Both the position numbers and the translations under genes were made by a program. The notes below the pieces were generated by a model. That model did no database searches. It had not been told where the DNA came from and saw only the letters and a list, made by a program, of their open reading frames with translations. Of a stretch of DNA of 64,000 bases, positions 37,200 through 48,800 are shown piece after piece (position 1 is the first letter of the stretch; every line of letters begins with the position of its first letter). This DNA is from an uncultured virus (IMG/VR IMGVR_UViG_3300036719_003654) (Duplodnaviria > Heunggongvirae > Uroviricota > Caudoviricetes): the IMG/VR virus record IMGVR_UViG_3300036719_003654; one strand, written 5' to 3'.

Positions 37200-38138
37200 A
37201 TGGACACCCGCCTCACACTCGCCGACGTTCGCCCGATTTTGGGGCCGATGATCAACTCGTCGGACCTGAATGACCCGTTGATCCTGCAAAGAATCAACGA
37301 GGGCGAGGAACGGCTCATCAACAGTGGTAAGTGGAAGGGCTGCATTGTCACCCTTCGGTTCGAGTCCTCCTCCGGGTTCGTCACGATGCCTTATAACTTT
37401 GCCGCTGCTTTGGCGTTGACGTATGACCGCTACCCTTTTCCCATCTTCACGCAGTTCCACCAGTACGTCGAAGAAGGTCCGGGCAAGATGGACGAGGCGC
37501 TCAACTGGCCCGGCATCCTCATCGACCTCGGCGACGGGTATTGCACACAAGCCGACATCCCGGCTGCGGGAGTCGTCCGCATCTACTCCTCGGCGCTCGA
37601 CAACGGTGACGTGGTGCGTGTGTATGGAAACCTCAACGGTGTCACGGTGTATGATTCGAGCGGCAATGAAGGCGAAGCGGTGACGCTCGCCGCCCCGTTC
37701 GTCGCTACCACCAACCAGTTCACCGAGATCACCGGCTTCACCAAACCGCTCACCACGGCACGGGTGTATGCCAAAAGTTGGGACGGTGTCACTGAGACGT
37801 TGGTGGGAACCTACCAGCCGAACGAAACGAGGCCGTGCTATCGTCGCTACCAGACCGGAGTGGCGGAGAAAGAAATCCGTCTCATCTGCCATCGCCGGTT
37901 CATCCCCACGGTTGCTGAGACCGACTGGATCATTCCCGGCAACATCTCTGCTTTGCGAGCGATCATACAGTCACTCCTCTTTGAGGATGCTTCCGACATG
38001 GACGCTGCCGACGCCTCATTTGCCAGAGCCATCAGTTTCCTCAACGACGAGGCCAAGACTTTCCGTGGAGGCGGTCGCGCCACTCTCAACACCAACCCGA
38101 CTCCGTGGACAGCCACACTGAGCCAAAACGTGACCTGA
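37200..38138 (+). CDS. Head-tail adaptor / tail tubular A-like protein
   Basis: MxxxLTLADVR...RINEGEERL N-terminus and helical C-terminus; position in the operon. Confidence 0.6.
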   Translation: MDTRLTLADVRPILGPMINSSDLNDPLILQRINEGEERLINSGKWKGCIVTLRFESSSGFVTMPYNFAAALALTYDRYPFPIFTQFHQYVEEGPGKMDEALNWPGILIDLGDGYCTQADIPAAGVVRIYSSALDNGDVVRVYGNLNGVTVYDSSGNEGEAVTLAAPFVATTNQFTEITGFTKPLTTARVYAKSWDGVTETLVGTYQPNETRPCYRRYQTGVAEKEIRLICHRRFIPTVAETDWIIPGNISALRAIIQSLLFEDASDMDAADASFARAISFLNDEAKTFRGGGRATLNTNPTPWTATLSQNVT

Positions 38139-38139
38139 C

Positions 38140-39873
38140 ATGGCAGACGCACTCACCAGATTTGGTCTCTCCCGCCGCCCCGCCAGCGAGTTGTTCGGAG
38201 AAGCCCCACGTCCGAAGCGCTCCTTCGCGTTCGACATGCTTGGCACTCCAGATGTGTCTGCTCCGGGGTGGGGCATGGCTGCCCGTCGCGGTGTGGAAGA
38301 GCATCAAGCAGCCCTCGACGAGGAAGCGGCTATCGCGGAAGAACGGGCGTCACTGGAAGACAGGCGCATGGCCCGCGAGAGAGAGCGTGAAGCGGAAAGG
38401 GTTGCTGACAAGTTCACGACCATCCGCAATCCGAGCGCCCGTGAGAAGTTCTTCGACGAGAACGAAGCCGCCATGGCTGGGTCGAAGCGTTACAACCAAC
38501 TCGCCGAAATCCGTCAGCGCCAACCGAGCTTCGCCGACAACGTCCTTGCCAAAAACCTCGCCGCCAAGATCGACGATCCCGACGAGCGGAACGTGTTTCT
38601 TGGGGCGGTGGCGAAAGGGGCGGGCACGCTTGCCGCTCGTGAGGAGGCGGACCGTTTTAGGATTCGCCGCCAACAGGCAGCACGTCTTGGTGAGGCTGGC
38701 TACAGCCCCGACGAGGCAGACGAGATTCTGGCGAAGGGGGTCGATGAGGCCCGCGTCAACTACGCCATCGCGCAGCGGAAGAACGAGTCGTCGTTCTCGA
38801 AAGACCCTCAAGCCCGAGCATTGGAAAGCTACTACCGCGTCGTGAAAGACCGCGCCCGAGCGGAGGAAAACAGGAACGGCAGCGTTTCTGATGAGACAGA
38901 GGCAGAGATTCTCCGCGTTTCGTCCCTGCTTGGAAGCAAGTACAAGATGATCGCTGAACCCCCTGCCCCGGCAACCGCTCCACCACCCGTTCCAGTGGGG
39001 ACGGGCACCGTGTTGCGCCCCCAAGCTGGAACCACGCCACCTGCTGGACAAAGTTTCAAGCAAGTCATGACTACGGGCAACAAACCTCCGGCAGTCGTTG
39101 CCGAGCCACAGGAGATCGAGCAGCAGTTAGAGCAGGAGATCAACTCCCCCGCCAACGACGAGAACTTCTACACCAATCTTATCTCTAATCCAAATGTCTC
39201 GGCCAACGCTAAGCAGCAGGCATTGGAGAAGTTTCGCGCTTTCGTGGCGAATCCACCCACCAACCCCTCTTTGACTCTGTCGCAGGTGTTCGCTCGCAAA
39301 CAGGATCTTCAGAATAAGCTCGAAGAAGCCGAGAAGGAAGTTGAGTTTCAACCCGTTCGTGAAAAGTACAATGAGGCGTGGTCCCAAGCTAAGGGAGAGA
39401 TGGACGCTCTTGTGGACAGCTTTGCAAAATCGCTCGGAGTGAACAAGCAGGCAGTCATCAACTCTATGGCAGCGGGCGAGAGGCTGTCGGTTCCAGGCAG
39501 AGAAACCGCCAACGCCGACCAAGGAGGGGTGTCCATCCCCCAACTGCTGGCCGAACATTGGGAACGTACGCGTGGGCAGCAACGAGAGCCAGGAGTTGGT
39601 CCGAACGCAGTATGGTCGCAGAAAGCAAAAACGCTGGAAGGCTTCGCAGACTCCCCTTTTGCCAGCCGTCTCGGAGAAAAGTTTGGCCCGATCTCCACAG
39701 CTAAGACGTATGGAGATGTTCTGGACGCTTATTTAAAGGAGCAAGGAAAAGCACCTCCCACTCAGCAAGCCGCGCCCGTCGAGGTGGCCGAAGTGACAAC
39801 GCGAGAAGAGGTCGAGTCCCTTCCTGTGGGTACGAAGTTCAAAGGTCCAGACGGCAAAATCCGAATCAGGTAA
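38140..39873 (+). CDS. Internal virion (ejection) protein candidate
   Basis: Helical and charged; ends EVESLPVGTKFKGPDGKIRIR; precedes the giant gene. Confidence 0.65.
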   Translation: MADALTRFGLSRRPASELFGEAPRPKRSFAFDMLGTPDVSAPGWGMAARRGVEEHQAALDEEAAIAEERASLEDRRMAREREREAERVADKFTTIRNPSAREKFFDENEAAMAGSKRYNQLAEIRQRQPSFADNVLAKNLAAKIDDPDERNVFLGAVAKGAGTLAAREEADRFRIRRQQAARLGEAGYSPDEADEILAKGVDEARVNYAIAQRKNESSFSKDPQARALESYYRVVKDRARAEENRNGSVSDETEAEILRVSSLLGSKYKMIAEPPAPATAPPPVPVGTGTVLRPQAGTTPPAGQSFKQVMTTGNKPPAVVAEPQEIEQQLEQEINSPANDENFYTNLISNPNVSANAKQQALEKFRAFVANPPTNPSLTLSQVFARKQDLQNKLEEAEKEVEFQPVREKYNEAWSQAKGEMDALVDSFAKSLGVNKQAVINSMAAGERLSVPGRETANADQGGVSIPQLLAEHWERTRGQQREPGVGPNAVWSQKAKTLEGFADSPFASRLGEKFGPISTAKTYGDVLDAYLKEQGKAPPTQQAAPVEVAEVTTREEVESLPVGTKFKGPDGKIRIR

Positions 39874-39877
39874 CATT

Positions 39878-42800
39878 ATGGCGGACACTCCTTCATGGCT
39901 TGCCGAATACCCCGAGGCTGCTGAAAAAGATTGGCTCAACGAGTATCCAGAGGCAAAAGACGAACCTTTCTTCGACCTCTCAGACACATTGTCTGCCGCA
40001 GGGCAGGCAGTCACGGGCTTGCCTACAACCGTGCCTCGGGCTTTCAGGCAACTTTACGAAGGTCTCGAAAACCCGTGGGAACGTGGAGAAGGGTATCTGA
40101 AATCTCAAGAAGCCGCCGACGCCTACCAGCAGGAGTTGGAAGCCGCCAACCTGGAAGCCGAGAAATCCGGCGACATCTCCACCATGTCTCGCGGCATGCG
40201 TCAAGCTGGGCAGTCTCTCGGCTTTAGTGCCGGAGCTATGGGCGCAGGTCTCATCGCCAGCACTCCATCTGCGGCTGCTGGCAGGACTATTGGCGGTCTG
40301 GCTGGCCCTGAAGGGGCGGTTGCTGGTGAAATCATTGGACGCGGTGCCGGTGCGCTCGCTTCAGGCTACGGCGCTGCCTACCGTATGGCTGGAGCGCAGT
40401 TCCTCGACGACGCCCGCAAAGAGATCGACGCCAAGTTTTTACAAGTCACGGGCGAACTGCCGAACGAGCAGCAGCAGGAAGAAGCGTATCAAGAACTCTT
40501 GCCGTTGGCGCAGGCGTTCGGGCACGCGGAAGCCGGTCCAGAAGCCATCGGCAACCTCGCCATGGCTGGGGCTGGTAAGTATGTGTTCGGCCTCGGGCGT
40601 AAAACCATTGAAAAACTGGCGGCGAGCGCCTTGGGCAAAACCGGGGCTGCGGCGGGAGCACTCGGCACCGAGCTTGCAGGCGAGACCATCACAGGAGTTG
40701 AGCAAAACCGCATCGACTCGCAGAAGAAGGACATCCTCGAAGGGCGAGACCCTTCAGAACTGCCTTCTCGGGAGATGGAAGACTACCTCAAATCGTTCAA
40801 AGAGGTGGCCCCAGCAACGCTCGCCACCATGGGCTTGATGAGTGTGGCCCCTGCCACCGTCAAAGCCGCCAGCCTCATCCGTGGGAAACCTGCGGAAGCG
40901 GCTCCCACCGACGACTTTGCCCAACGTGCCGCTATGGAAGGCGCAGTGGGGGAAGCTACCCCCGTCGAAGTGGAAGGCGTCGTCATCGCCACCATTCCCC
41001 CGGAGTCCGACATGACTCCCGAAGACGTGCTCGACTTTGCCAACAGTCCCGAGGACATGGCAATGCTCGCCCGCAATGGCAAGATTACACTCCCCGAAGT
41101 GGTGGAGCCTATCGACGGCGTTGACCCTGCGATTACCGAAGAGATGGACGCCCGACTTGCAGAGGGCAAGGCTTCTGGTTTGGCGGATCAAACTTTGGCT
41201 GAATTGGAGAGGCAGAAAGCTGCGCAGGGAGCGCCTGCCCCCACTGCCGAAGCACCCGCCCCCACTGCGCCTGTTGAGTTGCCAGATGTCGAATCTGGAA
41301 TCATTGATGCAAGGATAGATTTGCCCCGTTTACAGGCGGCCATACAGCAGAAGCCAGATGGAAAAACAAGCGGCCCTCGTGTTACCGACGTAGTTGCTAA
41401 CAATGATTTTGCTAAAAATGGAGGGTGGAAGCTGCATCTTTCCGTCACTCCAGAGAACTATCAAGCAGTTGATGAGTGGTTGCATAAAAACCACAAAGGT
41501 CAGTATAAACTTCTAAGCGGTGGATCACCAGAAGAAGGGTCTGATTTCACCGTTTATGTTGGTCATAAAGATGCCGCCAACGATCTTGCGTCCAAGATTG
41601 AATCTGAAATTGGAAACCTTCTAAACCCGTTTGAGAGCGGTCCAGCAAAGGACGCTCAGTTTAATGCCAAGGTTGGTGGGCGTTTTGATGTTGCACGCAC
41701 TGGAAACATTAAAGATGTTCCATGGAATTATGCTGGCATGAGTGGCGTTCCATTTGATGAGACGGCCATGGAGGCTATCAACAACATTGGTGAAGCTCCC
41801 AAAACACGAGAGCAGTTTGCCGCAAAAGCCGCTCCAGAAATTGAGCGAATCAATAAGCAGTTGGTCGCCAAATACGGAGACCGCTACACTGGATCAAAAA
41901 CACCTGCCCCCGTTGCCGAAGCACCCGCCCCCACTGCCGAAACTCTTGGTGTCACAGCGCCACTAGCCCCGACGCTGGAAACCCCCGAAGGCGCGGCACG
42001 CAACGCCGACATGCTCCGTCAAGCCGCTGCCCGTGTGGCAGGCACCGAGCGGGGGCCACGAGTTGGCCTGATTCCACAACCAAGTGTAAAGTTGAATTTG
42101 ACTCCTGACGAAACCAGCGGCACAGGTGCGGCGATGAAAGAAGAAAATCAACAGACCGAGAGTGGGGTGGTTCACAAGGCCGCCGTGCTTTCTAGTATTA
42201 ACAGCAAATCATCAGTCTCCGCCGAAGCCGTTGACACCTACAAGATCGCCCTTCCCGAAGGCTACGTCAAACAAGGCGATCTTTACGTCTTCAAATCCCC
42301 AGCCGCTACCGAAGGCGCGGTCATGCCGGGAGGCAGTGCTCCTGCTCCTGCTACAACACTATCACGCGGCAAACCCAGAGAAAGCATCGTTTTCAAAACG
42401 CCGGTAAAGACACCTCTTGGTGAGGTGGTTGGCTATTCATGGTCCAGTCAGCTTGTGGAGGACGTGGACAATATGGGCGAGCCAGTCCTTCGCCGCATCT
42501 CTAACTGGGAAGAGGCGACCAACAATGCCGAGACAGGGCGCGACATCGTTCACAAGTTCCTAATCAGGAAGCCAGACGGCACAACTTCCGAAGTGTCTCT
42601 TGAGAGCACTTTCGGCAAGATGACCGACAGCGACAAGAAGACCATCAAAGCCGTTGTCTCTGCGGCTAAAAGACTGCCCTTCATGCGCGCAGAACTGGCA
42701 GAGCTTCAAGACTTGCAGAAGCAGGCAGAGGCAGACTACCAACGGACGCAGAAGCTCACACCCGACCCAACGAAGTTGGAACTGCGGGAGCCAGACGTAA

Positions 42801-45800
42801 AATGGCGGGCTGAAAAAGGTGACAAGGTAGCCTATCTCGGCGGGGTGTTTATCGGCTTTGTCGAGAGCGGCAACATCAACGCTAAAGGTGAACTGGCTAA
42901 CAAAGCCAAGTTCGTGTATGACAACGCTTGGAAGTGGCAAGGTGCGCAGCGCAAGGTTCAGATGACCGAAGCGCAGAAAGACCGTTTGAAGTCTCTCACT
43001 CGCAACGTTAAAAAAGCTGAAGAACTCTTGAAGAGTGAAAATGTTGAAGTCGCGAAAGTGATAACCGATGAGCAACCAACTTCGCTGGCTGAAGCAGGTC
43101 CACCTGCTGCGGAAATGAAGACCCCCTCTGCGACGGCAGATCAGCCAGCCCCAATTTCTAAGGAAGAACCTACCAATACTCAGCGTGGACAGCGAGGGCG
43201 TGTGGCTGTTGGCGTACCACCCCGCGATACTGGAGCTACTGATACCCCTAAAAGACCCTCGCTCGGAAGCACCGGAAAACAAATCATCGACGCTTGGCGA
43301 TCCCTTCAAGGAGTACAAGTCGCCCCCGGAGAAACCGTTGTCGGGTGGGACGTAAACGGAGGAGGAACCTATGCCTTCATCAACAATAAACTTGTCAAAC
43401 TGAAGAGAGACAACAAGGGTTTCGAGTCCACTTACACCGACGCCACTGATGCGGACTGGCAAGAGGTCAGTGATGCGCTTGACCGTGGTGCTCTCCAAGT
43501 GGAAGTACGGAAGATCACAGGGTTGGGTAACTACCCAAAAGTAGATGCAGGTAAGACTGTCAAAGTTCTTCACCAAGCTACTGGGAAACCTCTGCAAGAG
43601 TTTCTGGATACACCAGAAGGGGCAGCCTATGAAGCCCGAATGCAGAAAGCGGTTGCTGAAAGAGGCCCGAAAGAGTCCCCTGCCCCACAGGCCCAGCAGC
43701 CAGCGCCCCAGCGTGACACGTCGAAGCCAGAGCAGATGACGCCGGAGGAGTTTGCCTCTTCTGAGCGCGACCCTGAACTGCCAAAGAACTATGTGCTTTC
43801 AGATGGCAACGGCAATTTTGTAACCGAAGAGAAGAATGGATGGTTCAGAGTTTGGAGGCTGACAGGTACGCACGCAACATTGGCGGGAACGGTAGGCTTC
43901 AAAGGCGCTGAAGGGCTAGCCAAAGCTAAGGCACGTCTGAAAGAAGTCAGCGCTGAGAGGCACGAAGAAAAGCTACAGAATGGTCTTCGCACAAAGAAAC
44001 CAGTCTCCGCCGCCGCCGTTGACGCCTACGGAATCAAGCTGCCAGAAGGCTACGTCAAGCAAGGCGACCTTTACATCTTTCAGCCTTCGTCAGAGAAATC
44101 TGACTTGGGCGCAGGTGCCGCTACAACTCCTTCAACGGAGCCATTGAAAGTAACAACACCGGAGGCTGGAAAATCTCCCCAAACCGCAAAGGTAGCCACC
44201 GAGTGGACGCCAACCGTCAATGCTCCTGCCGCTTTCACCGCCAATAACGGACAGAAACTCGTAGGCACCGTGCAGTCGATTGAGGGCGGTAAAGCCGTCG
44301 TGAGCTTCTCGTGGAACGGCCAGACTCAGAAGGCGACCGTTCGCCCTGATCGCCTTTCCAGCCCGGTTGCCTCGCTCACTGATCCGCCGCGATACCAATA
44401 CACGCAGGAGCAGAACACGCGAAAGATGGCGAAACACTTCCCATCGGCTCCCGGTGTTCACGCCAATCACGACTTCCGCAAGTCCTTCGCCTCCATGGCA
44501 AAGGACGCGTCGTTGTCGCGCATCTACCGGCAGATCGCCAAGGAGCTGTCGAAGATGTCCGCGTTCGCGAACGTGGATCTTCACGTCGTCGCCGACGAGA
44601 ACACGCGCTACGCAGGCGAGTATTCCCACAGCAACGGCAAGTCAGCCATCGCGGTCAACCTGCGGCAGGTCGGACGTGGCATGGTCGATGCCCTCGGCAC
44701 CATCCTGCATGAGGCGCTTCACCACGTCACACTGGCGAAGGTGCGCGATCCGCAGGGGGCTTGGGAGAACGAAGTCTTTAACAAGCTCGACACCATCCGC
44801 GAGAAGGTGTTGGAGTATGCCAAGGAAAAAGGTCTATACGATAGGCTGGACTACGAGCTTGACACTGTGGAGGAGTTCATCTCTGCCCTCACCAACCCCA
44901 ACTTCCAGAACTTCCTCGCCTCGATCCCCGACAGTTTCTCGACTGGTGTGTCTGTGGGCAAGTTCCGCTCGGTGCTCTCCGAAGTGTTCCGCCTCATTGC
45001 CGAGTGGATCAAAGGCGAGCCGGTTGCCAGGGGCAGCACGATGGAGCAATACTTTACGACCGTGCTCGCGACCTTCGAGACTCCGCACCGCGCCTGGGAC
45101 ACGGGCAAGTTGGAAGCGTTGAACGCGGTGCAGAGCGGGGCACAGCAGGCGACTCCCGAGTCAATCCGTCACGCCGAGTTGGAGGCCAAGTTCAACGCCG
45201 GAACGATCACGCCTGAAGAGACTGCGGAGGCGCGGCGGTTGGTGGGTGAGCGGGCGAAGGCGGCTGGGTATGACGTGGGACCGGTGTACCATGGTACAGA
45301 GCAGAAAGGTTTGACCGAGTTTTACGGCGGTTGGTGGTCTGACACAAAGAAGGTCACACGCGAGTTTGGTTCTCAGAGGTATTCAGCATATTTGAAGGGG
45401 CCGCTAGCGGATGGAGATACTCTTCGACAGCTTTACAAAGAGTACAACGGCACTGACATCGACCAAGACTCGGATGAGCCTCTGTACGATAGCGAAATTG
45501 GGGATGCCGCCATGGCTGGTTCTAAGTTTCAAGAACTTGTGCGCAGCAAGGGATACCAAGGAATAGAGGTGTGGGATGAGAGCAACGCCGAGACAGGGAT
45601 GGCTTACGCTGTTTTTGAACCGAACCAAATCAAATCCGCCGACCCCTTCACCGGGGTTCCGCTCGACCAGCGTTTCGATGAGAAGTCCAACGACATCCGG
45701 GCATCCCGTGCCGAGGGCAGAGGATACCGCTCCCCCACCGACATGCTCGCGGAGGCAGCGCAGAAGGCCAGAGGTGAAACCGTGGGAACCAAGCCGCAGG

Positions 45801-48800
45801 GACTCGCCAGCATGTTCAACCCGCAGGCCAAACGCCCGGCCACCGGGGAGCGCAAGTTGCTGGACATGCCACAAACTATCAATCTGCCACAAGCTGATAG
45901 CAAACTGATAGCAAACGCCTATCGCGAGGCCGTGCGTGGCTCCAGCACGCAGATGGCTCCGCTCTCCACCGTCTATGCGCAGGCTCGGCTGCTTCAACCC
46001 GGACTCACGCCCGAGACGTTCTTGGCACAGGTGCAGGAAGGCTACGACAACGGCACGCTGTTGCTCGAAGGCGCGGGCAGCCAGCAAGAAGCCGCACAGT
46101 CCAGCCTATCGCTGCCGGGTACTCCCGTGGGAACGGCTGTGCGTATGATGCCAGCACCGCAGGGGACGTTGAAGAGTAAGGCCGACGACGGCGAACCACC
46201 TATCATCGACATCGGCGGCGAAGCAGAACCTGCGGACGGTCCTGAGTTTGCCTTCACTCGCGCTCGCTTTGCTCCGCCAAAACCGGAGGACCAAATGTAT
46301 CAAGTCCATTCGGACGAGGAAGCTACCAAGAAAGCCTTTGCCTGGATCAACGCCGTTGGCCCACTCCGGGCTGCCGACCTGTTGATGGCAGACCGTGCGC
46401 CGAGCGACATGGACCTCAACGTGAAGAACATCGTCATGGGTGGTCTGCTCAAAGGTTTCACAGAGATTTCGATAGACCCCAACGCCAGTGAGGACGAGAA
46501 AACGGTCGCACGCGCCACCAATCAACGGCTTGGGAAGTATCGAGTACGGATGAACCAAGACGCCGCCCGTGGCATGCGTCAGATTGGAGTGCAGAACGGT
46601 GCAGTGCTTCAACTCATCGCCCCTATTCTTGCAGTGGAAGAGGTGCTCGCAGATCACGGAGAGAAGATTCTGGAGGATCAGTTCGAGGGAGGATCGGAAG
46701 GTGCGGCTCCGCGAGTAGCCGGTGCTGCCGAGACGGCCACTGCCGAAGCCGACGAACGATTGGAGAACATCATCCGTCGATTGATGGGCAGCCTGCGTCC
46801 AAAGCAAACCTCTGTTGGTGCGCTCGCCCGCATGTTCCGTGGTATGGGACAGCGTGACCAGATCATCGACGAAGTAGCCAAAGCCTTGATGCTCAAAGCC
46901 CGTGGCAACGTGGTCGCTCCCGAACGGAAGACCGCGCTTGCCAATTTGGTGAGCAGCCTTAAAAGCACTCTCGCAGCCAGTGTGAAGGGTGAGAAGAAGC
47001 CCGCGCCCGAGCGCACGCTGCAAGACCTGCTGACCAGCGCATTCGTCAATCAGGTGTCTGAGGGTCCGGCGTTTGAATCAGCGTGGAAAGAGGGTCGTCA
47101 AAAAGTGCTCGACATGCTGATTGATATGGAGTTGGACAAAACTTTCCATCCAGCCCAAAAGCGTCTGGCCGATCTTCGTGCCAAACTCACCTATTTGGAG
47201 GCTGGAAGTGCCGAACAGCAGGAAGCCAGTGCCGCAGAACGCGCTCAACTCGCCGACCAGATCAAGGTTGCCAAGGTGGAAACGAAAGCCGCTATGGATG
47301 CGGTCAAGGCAATGACGCCTCAACTCGAAGCGCAGCGCGATGCGTTGATGCCCGCCGCTCCAACGGTGGCGTTTGACCCCGTGTCTTCCCGTGAAGCGAT
47401 TGGCCGTGCATTTGAGAAGGCAGGTTACACCGCCGACTTGGCAACGGGTCTGGACAAGTCCGGCAAACGCACTCTCAGCATCAAAGACGCGCTGCTCAAC
47501 CGTCAACGCGCCGCTGACGCCGTGATAAAAGTGTTCGACGCGGAGATGCAAGTCCCGGACGCCGCGACTCAAAACGATTGGCCGCAAGCCCGCGCCCTTG
47601 CACTCAAGGCGGTCAACGAGACTCTCGACTCGTGGCAGGCGCAGACAGACGCCGACAAAGTGGCGAAGCTAGAAGCCGCCAAGCAGAGTCTTCTCAGCGA
47701 GGACTCCAAAGCTCTTGAGAAGCTGGTTAACTCCATCCGCAATAGAATCCTCCCCGACTCAGATTGGTCTGACATTCTCTACGACCTGCCGCGCACACAG
47801 GCGGAACGTCTTGCCGCCATCAAGGACCGTGTCGCCAAACATGAGGCACTGAAGAACCTCACCCCGGATGAGTCGAAAAAGTTGGCGGAGAGCATCGACA
47901 AACTGTGGCAGCGCGAAAGACTCAAAGCGTTCCAAGACGAACTCTTCAAAGCTGGCGTCCTGAAAGCCAAGACCACCAAGGCTGTTGCGAACGTGGCGTC
48001 TGCTGCTCCCGAGCTTCTCCGACTCATGAACCTGGGAGTGTTCAACTCCAGCACTTTCCGCGAAGCGATCTCCAAACGGTTCGGCTTGAAGCTCCTGACC
48101 GGCGTTCAGGCCGATGCTTTGCGCAAGCTGGCAGCCGAAGCGTGGGGCAGTCCCCAAGGCGTCCTGCGCAATCAGAAACTCGGCCAATTGGTTGAAGGCA
48201 TCCAGCACGCCACTGGTGCGAACTGGGCAGACGTGATGAACTCCTACTGGATCGCCAGTGTTCTTAGCGGTTTGCGCACTCACTTCGACACCTGGGGAGG
48301 TGTCGTGAATGGTCTCGGCACCAACCTCATTCAAGCAGGAGTCCAACTGTCGAAGGGCAGAGGGGTTGCCGCTTTCGACATCCAGGCTCAATGGTGGAAA
48401 GGATTGTTCACCGGACTCAATGAAGCCCTGTATCTCCTGCGCACCGGAGACCCCTCATTCACCAAGCGTTTTGAGGCCGATCTTATCGACGCTCTGAATG
48501 GCGAGAAGACCGCGCACCCCATTGCCATCGGCGAGAAGATGTGGAAAAGCGGCAGCCTGCTCCAGAAGATTCCCGGCGCTCTGATGATGGTGGTCGGTCG
48601 TAGCATGGTCGCCGCCGACCACGTGAACAACACCGCCACCACGCAGGGAGCGATGGCCGTGGCTCGGGCGATGAATCCTGAGCTTTATGAAGGCAAGACA
48701 TCTTGGACTCAGAAGGAGATCGCCGACGCTCGCAAGCAGGCGATTGCCGAGGCCACGGCAGGAGCGGAACCCGCGACCAAATTTGAACGCATGCTGGTCG

